From Nageia nagi (taxonomy: Eukaryota > Plantae > Pinophyta), in contig JBITNC010000001.1 in the NCBI GenBank assembly GCA_050084985.1, forward strand, positions 189,906,001 through 189,970,000: a stretch of 64,000 bases of DNA, read 5' to 3'. The position numbers and the translations under genes were made by a program. The stretch's first letter is position 1; each line of letters starts with the position of its first letter. Positions 38,540-53,300 of the stretch are shown piece after piece. The notes below the pieces were generated by a model. The model saw only the letters and a program-made list of their open reading frames with translations, searched no databases and was not told the origin of the DNA.

Positions 38540-39628
38540 CTAATTGCATCTTGACTTCTTTAATGATCTTTGCTTGTGACAACACTTCCTCAAATGATTT
38601 TTGTGTTTTTGTATTTGCAAGATGGAGGATATTTTCTTATTAAAACTTGTGTTAAATATTTTGATAAGCTCTTCTTGTGGCAAGGAATACAATAAAATTG
38701 TTACAATCACTCTCCATCTCACCATATAATTATTGATAGAATCATTATCATATTGTGATATTCTTATTAAGTCCATGATATATGATCTTATTCTTATGTT
38801 GATGGAAAAATGGTCCAATAATAGATTGACTAGCTGAATGAAAGAATAGATGCTATGTTGGGGCAAGTTATTGTACCAATCCAAATCTTGTCCTACTAAT
38901 GTTATTAGAAATATCCTAATCATGAGGAAATCATCTCTTACAAGATAAAAAGAATACTTGAATTGCCTCAAGTGCTCTCTTGGATATTCCTTAACTTTAA
39001 ATGTTTCCATTTGAGAAAACTAAAATTTGAAGGGAAATCACTTGATTGGAACCATGCAGTTGATAATTTCATTGAAAATTGATCGATTAGATAAATTGCT
39101 TATTATTTTATTATTGATCCTTGATTCTATATCTTGCAATATCTTCAAGATATCATCATGAATTATTGGATTTTAGTGAGTTGCCATTATTTGCACTTGA
39201 TAGGTTGGTTGTTGATATGTTTGTTGATAGCCTTATTGCATGCTTTTCCCTAATGGTTGGTTCCATTTTAGATTGGAAAAAAATTGACTTTATGGTGCAT
39301 ATGCTTGATTTTATGGATGATACATTTGATTTATGTATCCTTGAATTTGATATGATGGTTCATGCACATGTTGAAAGGGTGGAGATTAAATCATATTTTG
39401 ATAAGATGATTTTATGATACCTTTATAATCCATTTGTTGAAAATTGTCTTGAATTTGGTTTATATTTGGTTGATTTTCTTTATCGGAAGCATTGATTTGA
39501 TCAACATTGGCTAATTGTGTAGATTGATTTTGATTTTGATGTGGGATTCTCAATGGAGGAATATTATAATGTAGCCCTAAACCATGTGATATGAATTTTC
39601 TTGGTGTGATCAAAGTGTTTGATTGCAT
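38540..39628 (-). pseudogene. gag remnant of the outer element
   Basis: METFKVKEYPREHLRQF..RIFLITLVGQDLDWYNNLPQHSIYSFIQLVNLLLDHF (Retrotrans_gag). Confidence 0.85.
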
Positions 39629-41647
39629 AACAAGATATTTTGATGGATTAATAGGTCTAAGTATTCAATATGATGATGAGATGTTGATGCATTATTAGGA
39701 TCAATGTATTATACACTTGATGCAAATGGAGGAGCACTTTATGGTGAGGATGTGGTTAGGGCTTCTTGTGAGACCATTTATTATGAAGTTTGAGATGTGA
39801 TTTGGGTTGTTGCAAAAATTATTGATGTATTAATGAAATAAGGTTGTGGATCATGATATGAAGGATCATAATGATAAATCACATTTTGAAGTTGGAAAGG
39901 TGGTGGCATGCTTTTCTTTTGATGATATTGAAGGTTAAGTTACTCAAAAAGAATAACCAAACTCTCTTAAATAATAGGATCATCCATGAATTGATCCTTG
40001 ATATCTTGAGGAATTTTTTGAAACATCATATGGGATTTGATTTCACTGTCCAATTAAGGACCAAGAGGCATAGTGTAATGATGAGAATGATGAGAGGGTG
40101 TTGATGAAGGATGAGATTATGGTGTGGCTAACCTAGATGGAAGGGGTTGATATTGTTATTTTTCTTGATCTTAGTCTTATTCTTGACCTAATTGATTAGA
40201 CATAGGAATGGATACCATTTTCACATAAGGATCCCTATCAAAATTTATAAGGAATCATTAATTTTTACAACCAAGGAATAAATAGAAAGAACAACAATAT
40301 TGCTAAATCTAAAATATGCCAATAGTGCCAAGAAAAGTAAGCAAATAAATACCAAGCCTAAAATATTTGTTATTATATTGATTTAGTGGATGCAAACTTA
40401 ATTCACAAACACCCTATATGATAAGATAGCAATATTATATGATTAATATTTGTTGATGCTTGAGATAGCAATAGTGATTATCTTGATCTAATTATTTCTT
40501 ATTCAAATTGGCTATTATATTGATTAATAATGATTGATTTTTATGGTGAATTGACCTCTTGATTAGTATGTGTAATGATTAATCTATTCAAGTGTTTTTG
40601 GGTGAAGGATCCATCTCTAGTGGTGTGAAACATTTAATGGCTCAAATCAAGTACCCCATCTTGGAAATGACCTCCAAGTGTGGGTGACATCATGGTGGTC
40701 AAATCCATGTGCCTAATAAAACCCTAGGCTTATGTGATTAAATATACAAAGTTAATTATCAAAATATTATGCAATTATATGTATGCAAAATACAATTACA
40801 CCCTTCATAAAATATGATAAGGCACTCCCACCCAAGGATAAAATTTTCCCTTTCACTAATGCAAAAGTGAAAATAAAGATCTAGGATGAAAACAACAAAT
40901 AAATATGATCTAAAGCATGATAAAAAATGGATACAATATTGAAGGGATATTTCTCCAAGCTTTTGACATGTACAAAACCTATTTTACAAGCTTTGATCCT
41001 AACTGGTAGATTACATATCGATTAGTAGTACTAATTGGTAGACTGATCAACTAGCTAGCCAGTTGGTTTATAGTGGTACCCAAAACATTTTAAAAAATAA
41101 AGTATGAAATGATAAAATAAGATAATATGATTATAATTTGTATTTATAAAATATTTATAGGGGAATATTTTCACCTAGTTACAGGGATAAAACTACTGAC
41201 CAAATGATAAAGAATAGCTAAAATACAAAAAACCTAAAATAGAGAAGACTGATGCATTAGAGGCTGACTAATAAAGGTCAATCAATATATATTAGATAAA
41301 CTAAAAAATTAATTATTTGATATTTTATTACCATTGCAAATTTTTATGGTAGGCACAATGTTGGCTAGGCCTAACTAGTTGCTTCAAGTCAGCTAGAAAG
41401 GGTGAACCAGTATGCTAACAATCGGCTAGCAATCTACGAATATTAGGGAGTCCCTATCTTAAAAATACAATTCTAAGCATGTCCAAGATAATTTTGTGAA
41501 ACATAAAATAATTTTTTGGCACCCATAATCACATAAAAAAGGGATAAAAAAGGGTCAAAATGAACATCAAAAGAAGAGTAAGCTTGAGAAAACTCCTCCA
41601 AGTTGAAGTTCTATGGACCAAGGGAAGTCCCACCGTGATCACCAATC

Positions 41648-42426
41648 TATGGAGCACTCATAAAATGACCCTCCAAATATAGAGGATCAAGGTTGCACCA
41701 TAATTTTATTGCTAAATTTAATCTTATGATAAAATGATGGATGGATGTGCTCTTGCTTGATACCTATACCTACAAAAAGTATATGTTAGAGGGAGTCTCA
41801 ACACTCTAGTCCCTTAATACCCTAGAGTGTGCTCAAAAAGAGGTGTTAAAATTCCTTTAAGGAATGTATACCACCTTCCCATAATCAAATGGGAATTAGA
41901 AATAAAAATAATGCCTACAATGTAGATATGATCATGCTATACAAAGATAATGATAAAATGATAAAACAAGACTAAATTACTATGAATCTAGCCTAAAATC
42001 ATGTTGCATGCATACAAAAATGCAAGAGAAATGATATGGATAATCCAATGGATATAAAATAGATCCTAATGCTCCCCAATACCTGTAAGAATGATCAAAA
42101 CATATCATGTGAAGTGTTATGGGTGGCTAGGGCTTAGGATCTTAGTCAATGCTTTAGTTCTGCAGGAGAGAAGGCACCACAATGATCAATAGGCAAGAGA
42201 GATTTGGAAATACAATAGAGGGAAAATGGATTTTAAATTTAATTTTATAGATATGATATCATACTGGCATGTCGGTTGGTCAGTTACCTTTCTAACTGCT
42301 TAGGTCAACTAGTATATCAATTAGGGCCTTACATAGAAAGGTAAAAATGGCTATGATGGAGTGATTTGGTCAAAAATTACAAGATACAAATGATCGAGGG
42401 AAAAAGGTGATTTTAAGGTGTATAAA
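41648..42426 (-). repeat. 5' LTR of the outer element
   Basis: Matches 1-323 plus 20279-20387, adjacent to the Arg PBS. Termini are decayed (TA...AA). Confidence 0.8.
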
Positions 42427-45400
42427 AATTACCTTCACCTTGGTTGGATCAAATTTCATCTCTTCTTTGCTAATAACATGACCAAGACACTCTAATGATG
42501 TCTTTTTAAATTCATACTTCTTAATGCTTAATTTCAATTTATCTTTATTCAACTATTCTAGAACAATCTATAAATGTTTCATGTGTTATTCCTAAGTTTT
42601 ATTGTATATTAGTATATTATCTAGAAACAATAACAAATAATCATCTAAAAATGACCCCAAATTTTCATTCATTAGTCTTATGAGTGTGGTCAGAGCATTA
42701 GTTAATATAAATGGCATCAACATCCATTCAAAAATAACATGCTTGGTCTTAGAGGTTTTATTTCATATGTCATCATCCTTCATCCAAAATTGGTGATATC
42801 CATATTTTAAATCCAACGTGATGAAATACATAAAATGCTTTATCTAGTCCAACAAATCATTAATTCATGGAAGTGGGTATCGGTTCTTGATGGTGATCTT
42901 ATTAAAATATTAGTAATCAATACACATCCTCCATTTTTTATCCATCTTATATATATATATAATACAAGAACTTATTGAGGATGCATTGGAACTTATGATA
43001 CCTTGATCCAAAACTTATTATACTTGCATCTTCATCTCATAAGATATCAATACTAATTTATGAATTAAGTAGTAACTCCATCTCATGCACCCTTCCTCCT
43101 TTGGTCATCATTGTGGTGACTACATGAATTTTCAAAAAACCTAAAGTAGCTCTTTCAATTACTTCTTCTTATTTAAAGTATAATTTGTTGCATCAACTTC
43201 CTCTCATATTTGTACTCCCTCTTGTGTGCCTCTTAACATCAAAATTATGAATTTCTTGCTACAATTCATCACTTTCTTCACTTTTTGGGTTGTGATAAAT
43301 TATAATTTCTTATTACCCTTGTAAGGAAGAATCCAATAGTTTTTACCATCCTTTACCAATCTATATTGGGTTCAACCTTTAGTAAAAAGTCACATCTTAT
43401 TCTTATAAAATATAGGTTTTCAAAAATGACTTGGAAAGTTTGTTACCTTTCTCATATAAATTTGGATATAAATTCAAAATAACTCTTTTTTCAATCTTCA
43501 TAAAATTCTTCCTTTGGGGCTTGAGTTGAAGTTTTACCTTTTTCGCTAAAATTTTGATTTGACTTCCTTAGCATTTTCTAAACTATATAAGCTAGTTTAT
43601 CATCAATTTTTATGGTTTCATCTATGTCTTCATTCTTCTTGCAAGCTCCAACTTCCTTCTTATTGACCTTGTTCAACCATTTGGACTTCTTCTCAAGATG
43701 CAACTTCCAAGCATTGCTCCTCGATATTTCCATCCACATCATATTAGTCACAATGTGTATCTCTCTTTTGCACAATAGTAGAAGTTTTATTGAATTGCTT
43801 GTGAATGAATACCTTAGCTTGGATCTTTCTTGTATTAATTTGGCTTTTGGCTTCTCATCTCTAAATACATGGATTTGATACAACCCTCATCAAATTTTGT
43901 GACATTGAAAGAAGTCAATTTTATTCTTAAATAATAATTCAAACCTCCGTTAAACATATTGAATAATTGGGGGTCACACAAATTAATAATTACAAGCTCT
44001 ACTTATTTTCAAATTCAATGGTGTAATTATGAATGTTATATCCTTACTTCTACCTAAACAATATCTCTTTCAACTTTTCTTTATACCCAAAATTGAGCTT
44101 TGAAAGTTGAAACAAACTCCTTTTAAGTTCAAATAGGTGGTTTCTTACTGAACACCAAACAAGTAACATATTCTCCCCACCATGTGAGAGCATGGTCTCC
44201 AAGATTTATTCTAGAAAAGTTTATTTTTTGATATTCCATATAGTTTCTTATGCTAAAATACATTTCCAATTACTTCACCCATTTGTCTAATTTCTCTATA
44301 TCAATATCTCCATTGAAATGAAATAAAATGTATTTTAACATCCTTTAAACCCAATGGTTTGTAGGATGTATCAAAAAAATTCCAAAGACAAATATATATC
44401 ATTTATGTATTTAAATTATTATTTCTAGAAAAACTAAGATTCATGATAAAATCACCAAATTTGTTTTAATTATTTTGGTTTAAGAGTTAATGGATCAAAT
44501 TGTAATTACAAATATCATTATAGGTTTTTCTAGTATTTTTTTAAATGGGCAAGGAGAAAATGAGTCTCATATTCTATGACATTTAGGTTATAAAATGTAT
44601 AAATTATTTTATCCTATGGTGTCTGAGGTAATCATTCATATACTTATTTCCTTATGCAATTCATGTGAATTATAGACCAATATGTCTACCTTAACCTCCA
44701 TCTTGAATGGATCTACTACAAAATGTTTGGGGTTGAAAAATGGCCTCTTTTCTAACTTTTTCTCTTCATTGCCATGTAGTTTATGTTATATCAACTCCAT
44801 TAGATTTTAAAATTATTTTCCATGGTACAAAATATTTGTTAAATTCCTTTTGATGGCATGGATGACTCTTCACCTTCTCTTATCATTGTTAATTTTCTTC
44901 TTTGATGAACAACTTCAAGATTGAATGGAAGTGATTCCCCATGCAATGACCTTCTACCTTGCATATAATTAAAGTCTTAGAGAACTAAGATCCAATACCA
45001 CTTAATTTGTAATTCAGCCTAAAACCTATGGACTTACTTCACTACATATTGATTAAAATATTTACAAAATTTATTAATTCTCAATAAATGTGTAGTGAAA
45101 CAAAATATCATCTAACTATTTAATCTAGACTTGAAATAAGAAGCAAAGATTCAAATTACAAGCATTCATAGAAAAGCAAATGAACATTAGAATTTATAGT
45201 AGAAAAGCCTATTAGGTAAAACACATTGTAAATGAACCATAAATAATATATTACGAACAAGGAAAAAGTTATAGAAACCTCACAAAGGTTTGGACAACCT
45301 AACAAAATGTCACAATTAGATATAATTAACTAAACATTATTATAATCCTCCTTTCATATTGCTCTCCCCTCTTACTTGGGTTCCCTCAAAACTCATACTT

Positions 45401-45993
45401 AGTACATTCCTTTTAGAATTTTAAAAGTCTAGCAATCAAAAAGGTCCTCTAATAAGCTTTGTTCCCTTTATAAGATGAGAATAATAGTTGGTTTTATCCC
45501 CAAGAGTTTACTGTTAAACCATTTTTTGGACTATGCACATAACATGCAACTTAATCATTCAACTTTCTTATCCTCCAACAGTGTTGCCAATGAATAATTC
45601 CTCTTGCCTAGGAGTTATTTGTGTCGATTTTACTTATCACCCAATATCTTAGAAAGTTGATGTCACATTATTTGTTTTAAAACTCTAGAAAGTCAAAAGG
45701 GAAAAAATTCTCAAGAAAGTTGGGATGCAAGAATTGTGAAAATTTATTAGAAAGCCAAAATGTAATTTTTTTATAAGACAAGAATGAAATAAAGTCAAAA
45801 CTAGTTAGTTGACGTCACCTCATAAAGAGTCCAAGTTTTTATATTTTCTTGGAATTTTAATCTTACGCATTTTCAAAAGACCTCAAAAAACTATTGAACT
45901 AAATTTCAAATCATTTAGAGTTCTACCTCTTTTATACCATTAGTTACAAATGTATCTATGACTACAAAAATGAAAATGATTATGGTTACATCA
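42427..45993 (-). mobile_element. 5' half of an old CRM-like chromoviral Gypsy element (LTR ~45003-45993, PBS ~44989-45000, gag, RT), cut by the outer element
   Basis: PFKMEVKVDI..FNGDIDIEKLDKWV (gag), YFITLDLKYGYHQ and LGHVISKEEMKFDPTKV (RT). Met-i-like PBS gatccaatacca. LTR end ...TTACATCA (CRM-like TGAT..ATCA). Confidence 0.75.
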
Positions 45994-48499
45994 ACAACTC
46001 TAAAAGAAAAGAAAGGAGAAGAACAAAATCATAGTACTACTCAAAACCATTGTAAAAGCATATGATGTTTCCATAGATATACAATGTGTGGAAGTGAAGA
46101 CTACATATGATTTGGAAAAGGTGGCAGTGTTGAGTTGCTTATATACAATGTAAGTCTAAAAAAGTGTAATTTGTTTCCACCATATACCTAGAATAACTTG
46201 CATGAATCTTGTCCGCATATGTACAACTATGCCTATGACTCAACATGTTTAATGCTTGTTGAGATTTTATTAATATGGTATAAAGACTTATCTACCTACC
46301 TACCCATCAATCTATTTATTCTAGCTATATCAAGGAAGATTAAATTGAGGCATGTGGTTATCTTCATAAAAATTTTGATGATCCTATATAGTAGGCCAAG
46401 AATCATAAGGCATGGGAAAGGAAGTAGGTAAGAGAATCATAGTAAGATACAAAAGTTGAAGTAGAAGCTAAGGCAAAAATTATATAATTTGTATGAATTA
46501 ATGTAGAAAAGGCCAAGGGGAAGAAGCTCATGTAAGATGTCCAAGAGATGTCGGAGAAATAGGGGGACCTTAGTACCACCAACATGAGACCTGAGAGTGG
46601 GTATTTATGTAGGAATCCTTATTTTTGGTTCCATAAGGAGATGCAACATGTTCAACTGGAAGTTAATGATGAGTTATTTTATCATTTAGTTTTAGTCATC
46701 ATTTTAATACCATTTTTTATTGTCTTGTCTAAATTTATAGTATGTTTATGCATGTGTATAAACATATAAATTTTGTTTTAATACCAAGTAATATGGAATA
46801 TATTTAATTAGTTGTTTGTTTTATTTTACTAAAGATAAGAGTATCTTTTACATGCTCAATTGATACTAGAAAGTGAAGATGTTTTGTTGGATAATTGCAT
46901 GGAATCAATTTGTTTAAATTTTTATTTCATATTAGCTATTGAATAAACAATGTATATTAATTTATGGTTTTGTTTGTTTTAGTGATGTTGGATTGTTGTG
47001 GAACTTCCCTTGCAACAACCCAATTACTATAATAGAGGTCAACAACAATCCATAAATAAAACTAGTGAGTTGTTTATATTTGCAATGGTCATGGGATTTA
47101 CTACAAAAAAATATTTATTAAAAATCCCACTAGTTACTACAAAGTAATGGTTGTGGGAGATCTCTACCTAAGGAACAAATTGTTCATAGATCTAGGAGTG
47201 TTAATTATATTTGATTTCAATCAAAGATCAAGGATCTTGTAAGATAGAATAATGTGTTACTTGAAATATTAAATTTTGTTAACACATCATATTAAAATTC
47301 TTAACCACTTAAATATTAAAAATGGAACAATGTCAAAGATAGTTTAAATGTAATGTACTCATAAATTAGATGTTTTTTACAACATAATAAAAAATTCATC
47401 ATAAGTTATGATTATATTATGAGCAAAGGCAATTTTGCCAATATTCAATCATGAATAAAATTATGTTTTTGTTATAAATAATATTTAGTATGTGTGTGTT
47501 ATTTACTATTTACTATTTTATTCTTTGTACAATAATGTAATAGAGTAATTATTAGCTACAAGAGAAGATGTGACTCTTTACTTAATAAGTAGAGCCCATG
47601 TTGTCTCAATGAAGAGCATTGGATTTCCATTATTAAAAAAAAAAAAAAAAAAGTAAAGTCAACATTAACATTATTTTAAACATGTTGGTTTCTAGGACCT
47701 ATCATCAATTTTTAAATACCACCAATGTAGGAGATGGAGTTGAACATGAAACCTTCAGTGTGAGTGCCTTCACACCCACTTGTCTCCTAATGTGAGAAAA
47801 TTTTAGGATGTAAAAGACCCAAGTTAGTTTAGAATAAGTTATAATTAATAATTTCTTTCTTCAGTATTTGTTCAATTATTTAGGCTTTAAATCTAGCTAT
47901 AGAAAAGAACCACTTGACTTGAACTCATCCTTTTTATCAACAAATATAAAGCAATACCTCTTTTAAATATCAAATCCAAGTTGACATATTAAAATGCATA
48001 TCAAACACTCAACACTTCTTAGCATTGTTTCCAAGGAAAAAGGTTCCATAATGTCAAGAAGTTTTTCAATTCAAAATTGAAGTGCTTAGAGGGGTTACTT
48101 GATTATTAAGAAAAGAAGCAACATAGAGTTCATGTTAAAAGTTTTGGAGTGGGGTAGATAGCTCTCAAGATAGGGAGACTCATTGAAAATCAAGCATTGT
48201 AGTATGTTTTATTGAAATGATTTTTCTTCACTTTGGGTTTCCATTAGTTTTGCAATAAAAATCATTCATGGTAGAATACAAATTCCTAGGATGAATGACT
48301 TGACCACAAGAAAATGGTGGTAAGTTTATTTATAAAACCCCCAAGGAAAGTAAAAAATCAACTAAAACCAAAGTTAGAAGCATGAATGCGATGTAATAGA
48401 AGTGGGAGTGCAAAGTAACAGAAGCCCATGTGAATTGTTTCAGAAGCATGACATGTTGTTATTAGGCAGATTACAACTTAGTGAAGCTATAATATTTCT

Positions 48500-49880
48500 G
48501 AAATGCAACCGAACGATATTTGAAATGTGATGAATAAATCAAGATTGATACTTGATCCAAAGCCTCCTAAGGAATGGAAAAGTGTGTTGATGTAGGAAAA
48601 ATATTCATAAAGGAGGCAATCAGGATGGTACTAGAGCTTGAATTCTCTAATGATGAGGTTAGTATATTGACTCCAAAAAGTATAACAAAGAAATAAAAGG
48701 ATGGGCTAAAATCATCCCTCGTTAGTCATTTTTTTGGGTTACGAACCCTTCTAAATATGATTTGAAGTTGGATGGAAGTAATATGGAATACAAAAGGGTG
48801 GGTATCCATAGTTGCTCTTCCAAGAGAATTTCTGTTATTCAAATTTCAGTTTGATGAAGACCTGCAAAAAGTGATAGAGATGGGTCCATGGTTCCTTGGG
48901 AAGAAAGGATTAGTCATCAAGAGATGGGAGAAAACTCCCTTGAAAGTGAAAATTTCAACCTCATTCCAACATGGGTCTCACTACCCGAAATTCATCCATC
49001 TTGTTGGCACCAATGTGTAATAGCTGGAATTACGAAAGCAATTGGTTTCCTTTTCACAATTGAGCAATTAAAAAGATTGAAACTTAAGTTTACAAATGCA
49101 AGATTTGTGGTCAATTTAGATATTACCAAACCTCTAATGAAGAAGATAAAATTAAAAATAGAATATGGGAGAGAATGGATGCAACCAATTGTATATGAAA
49201 ATCTACCAATACAATGTGGAATTTGAAAGAGATATGAGCATTATGCAAAGGATTTCCCAGAAAAGAAGAGGAGGGATGAAGAAAGGAGAGAGAAAGAAAA
49301 GAATGAAAAGGAATCTTAAGATAAATAGAAAGAACAAGGTGAAAATTAGTAAAGAAACAAAAATCAAGAAAAAATCAAAAGAATATAGCCAAAATAGAGA
49401 CAAAATGAACCGCATCAAAAACATAATCAACTTCAAAAGAAGTCCAATAGAAGAAATCAACCACAACAAATCCCTATGCAGTTCTGGAAATTTTAGGAGT
49501 ATATGGATAAGAAACAAATTACCATACAAATTTTTCAGAAGATGAGACAAAAAACATGGAAGTTGTGGAAGGGGAAGATGAAGAAAGATTAAGCAAGATG
49601 ATAAAAAAAATGAGGAATGCAAATATTCAAGCAACAAGAACAGAGCAAGAAGAAGGCCAAGATGGAATCCCATCAAGAAATATATTGAACTCTAGAAAAA
49701 TAGCAAATGTTGGACAAAGACATGTAGGGAGACAATCCCAAGGAGAGACTAGAGAGAAACTCACCAAATAGGATATAGCAAATGGAAAGCAATCAACTTT
49801 ACATCAGATCAACAAATCTCAATCCACCTTTAGGCTGAACAAAGGATTTCTTGAATAGAATATTCCAACAATAAAGAGGC
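48500..49880 (+). pseudogene. L1 LINE ORF1 fragment (DUF4283 plus zinc knuckle), truncated at the start of ORF2
   Basis: FLLFKFQFDEDLQKVIEMGPWFLGKKGLVIKRW, IPTWVSLPEI, ARFVVNLDITKPL, QPIVYENLPIQCGI. Confidence 0.85.
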
Positions 49881-50391
49881 AGTTGGGTTGTATATCAGTT
49901 GTGAATTAGATGTATTTTAACTATAGTTTGATGAATTTCTATTAATATAATTTGTAAATTAGGTGTCATTGGGGCTACCAATAGGTTATAGATGGGTAGC
50001 ATCTAAAATTATTTTCTTAATAGTTTTTTTTAAATTATATTAGCTACCACCAGGTACAGCTGGGTAGTGATTTCCTATATTGGAAACCATTTTGTGACCT
50101 ATTTTGTGGGGTCCAAACAAAACCCCTCACAACTTTTTGATAATATAATTTACCCTTATTATCAAAAAAATAAAAGCAAAGTTGTCAAGAATTTGAGGCA
50201 TCTAAAATTGCTTGTTTCAAGAATTTGTGATATGCATATGGTTCCAAAAAATAATGTATATGTTGGTTGATTACAAATATTACATATATTGATATATTAG
50301 TTGAAACATTTTTTCTACCATGCATAGTTTTTATATGTGTAAAGGACCATCTTCCAAATCTTGGCAATTAGTTTCTATATAGATAAATATT

Positions 50392-53300
50392 TGTTGAAAT
50401 TTAAGCTAAACTTAGTGTGAATATGTATAAGTCCTTGTGTTTATTAACACATTAGTATTTCTTAATACTTAGGATACTATTTCTTAACTTCGATGTATTT
50501 AATTAGTGAGAGCATGGTTTTATGAGATCCACCTTTAAAATTAAAACATATAATGTGTAATTAGTGATGGAGAATATCTCACATGGATTGGTAAAGTTTG
50601 GTATGCCTATTCATATGACATCCTACCTCATTTTTGTATGATGCTTTCAGATGTATGGCTTCACCATCCAACATATGGTGTCACATTTGTGTGCTAATAT
50701 TATTAATCATTATGGGGCTCAACCACCTATCATCTCTTGTGTTTTATTTTTTATGGATGCTTACTTGATTCAATTGCTTTGTATGGACATCTCAGGGTGA
50801 TTTGATCTTGTGGCACATTTACATAATTCTTCATGGTATCAAAGCTATTAGAGATTTCATCAAAGGTCAATTTGAGAAATTATGGCTCCTTCTCAAGATG
50901 TAGGAGATATTTTAAAATTTTACGAGTTTGGGATATCTTCTACAAAATTCATTTGGTGGGTTTGAAAAAAAATCACATTTTGAGCCTATGGTCCAAATTT
51001 CAACCATTTTCGATGGACGAAATTGAAGATATTGCAAACAGAAGATTTTTTAGAAATTACATTTTTTGGAAGATACATGAAAAATATTGAGAAACTATTT
51101 GCATTTCTAAATCCTTGTAAAAATTTATTTGAGGTTTATTTTTTGCATTTATTTTTTATTTTGTTTGAGCTTATTTGGACCTCTAAATCTATAAAGTTTC
51201 AAGAATTAGTTTAAATTTTGCATTTTTTTGTTATTTTAGGCAAAAACAAAATTGAAGGCCATAAATTTTATATGTGAGGAGTTTGGAGGTGATTTTGTTT
51301 TTTGGAGGGAGGTGTATTTTCCCTATATTTACATAATGGTGTTATTTGTTCCTCCAAATTCATGGGTTATTTTCATACATATAGAATATTTGTTGGAATG
51401 TGAAGAAGAGGTACTCTTTTGGAGCTAGAGTGGGAAGACATGTTGAGGGATTCTCTATTTGATGCCTTGTTAGCAAAAACTTAGATTGGTGAAGTAATTT
51501 TTCATTATGTATGGAATGTTTTCTCAATTGGTAAGGATAGATCCTAATGGGTGTGGATATATTTCTCTATTGGTAAGGATATGTCCCATTGTGTATAGAA
51601 TGATTTCTCAATTGATATGGGTAAAATAAGATTTCATGGTGTGTTGGAGCAATCCTTCCTGGATGAGAAAATATTCCATTATGTTTGGAAGGCTTACTTC
51701 ATGGTTGAGAAAAGATTCTATGGTTTATGGAAAGTTTCCTCTACTACAATGAAAGATGTAAGATGGATAAGCTTGAATTTATTAGATGGATCTCATGGTT
51801 TTCCCTCATAGTGTAGATCATGAAAGGCACGGTGGAGGTCATGGAAATCACCTTGATAGGAATATTCATCTTGATTTGGCTCATGGTGTTGGATTTCATG
51901 TTGGACATCATGAGAGCTATAATGATATTATTGATGGTGGGAAAGTTATTTCTCACATGGATGGTAGAGGAAGATTTGATCTTTATATTGATGCTTTTTT
52001 TCATTTGAGGATTATGCATGAGACTTCATGGGAAGTTGTCTTCAAGGAAGGGTGTAGAATTTATAACACCTTCACCTCTTCACAAGACATTGTTCATCCC
52101 CTAAGTTTGCCTTTAGGGAGGGGTTGGAAGTTAAGCTACACTTAATGTGACTATGTACAAGGCCTTATGTTTATTAAAACGTTAATATTTCTTAACACTT
52201 GGGCCACCTTTACTTAACTCCTATGTATTTAATTAATGAGCACATGGATTGATGAGATCCATCATTAAGATTAAAACATCTTATTGTATAATCAATAATG
52301 TAGAATATCTTACATGGATTGGTAGCATTTGATGTGCCTATTTATAGAACACCCCTAGTCCTTTTTTACATCAAGAGGTGTCCTACAATGGTAGCCTCAA
52401 GGGAGGGCAGGAACCCAAATGTTCATCCGTAAATATTTTTTAAAAATAATTAAAAAAATTGATAGACTTATAAATAATATATTTTAACAATAATTATATA
52501 AATACAAAAATCATACAAAGAATTGCAACTTGGAGATAAGAGATATCATTCATATGTAGAGAGAAAATTAGTGATGAACTAAAAGTTGCAAAGATAAAGA
52601 TATTATTTGCAACATATATTTTTGTTGCATTATTTTCAATAAATTATATCTTTATATTAGTTTACAAAAAAAAAATTAATTATTAGTTGTTAAAATTATG
52701 GTTTGTGCATGAGGAGGTTGATCGAAGAGGGAAGAAATGATATTAAATTCGATGATGTTTATTGTAAGAAAATTAGTCTATCAAATTTTGTTTGAATTAT
52801 TCTAAATATGCTTACATTTGCAGTTTAAAGATGAAAAGAAGAGTAATGACAAGTAGAATTTGTTTTGTCGGTAAAAGAGGTCATATTAATCTTGTTGAGG
52901 ATGTTAGATCGAAATCACACCTCAATATTTGGGAAGATCTTTGTTATGTTATTTGAAAAGATGGTTTCTAGGTTGATCATAAAGTAGGAGAGATGCCATG
53001 GAAACTTATTTTTCAATCATTGAATTGAGCTCATTTATCTATGGTTATCCTTTCAAAACTATTCATGTCCACTTAGTGACAAAGAATGTGAGGCATGATA
53101 CTTTTTGTAAGATTAAGAATGGATTGATGAAGCTAATTTTTGAAATCTGGGTGTATTACGATTCCTAAGTAGCTCTAATGATCATTTGTTCCATTGGAAG
53201 ATTACTAATATGACAATAATAAGCTAATTATTTGATTTTTGTTTTCTTAAATGATTTGCATTTTATTCGATAAGCATGATGGATTGGTAAATTTAAGATC

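Larger units (their letters stand above)
1..42426 (-). mobile_element. Outer Tat/Ogre-like Gypsy element (starts upstream of the window), host of the Copia and TatII insertions
   Basis: 5' LTR 41648-42426. tRNA-Arg-type PBS aagtcccaccgtgatcacca at 41625-41644. gag at 38540-39010. Only faint pol remnants (CIDYRD ~37370, GP..EPLN ~36880). PPT at 20388-20400. Confidence 0.82.

Noticed and set aside
45994-47200. Possible DNA-transposon remnant
   Set aside because: Coding-like in places, but no transposase motif or termini could be recognised.
49203-49676. Hydrophobic 157-aa 'membrane protein' ORF (and the similar 56319..56807)
   Set aside because: Antisense shadows of purine-rich, K/E-rich TE ORFs.
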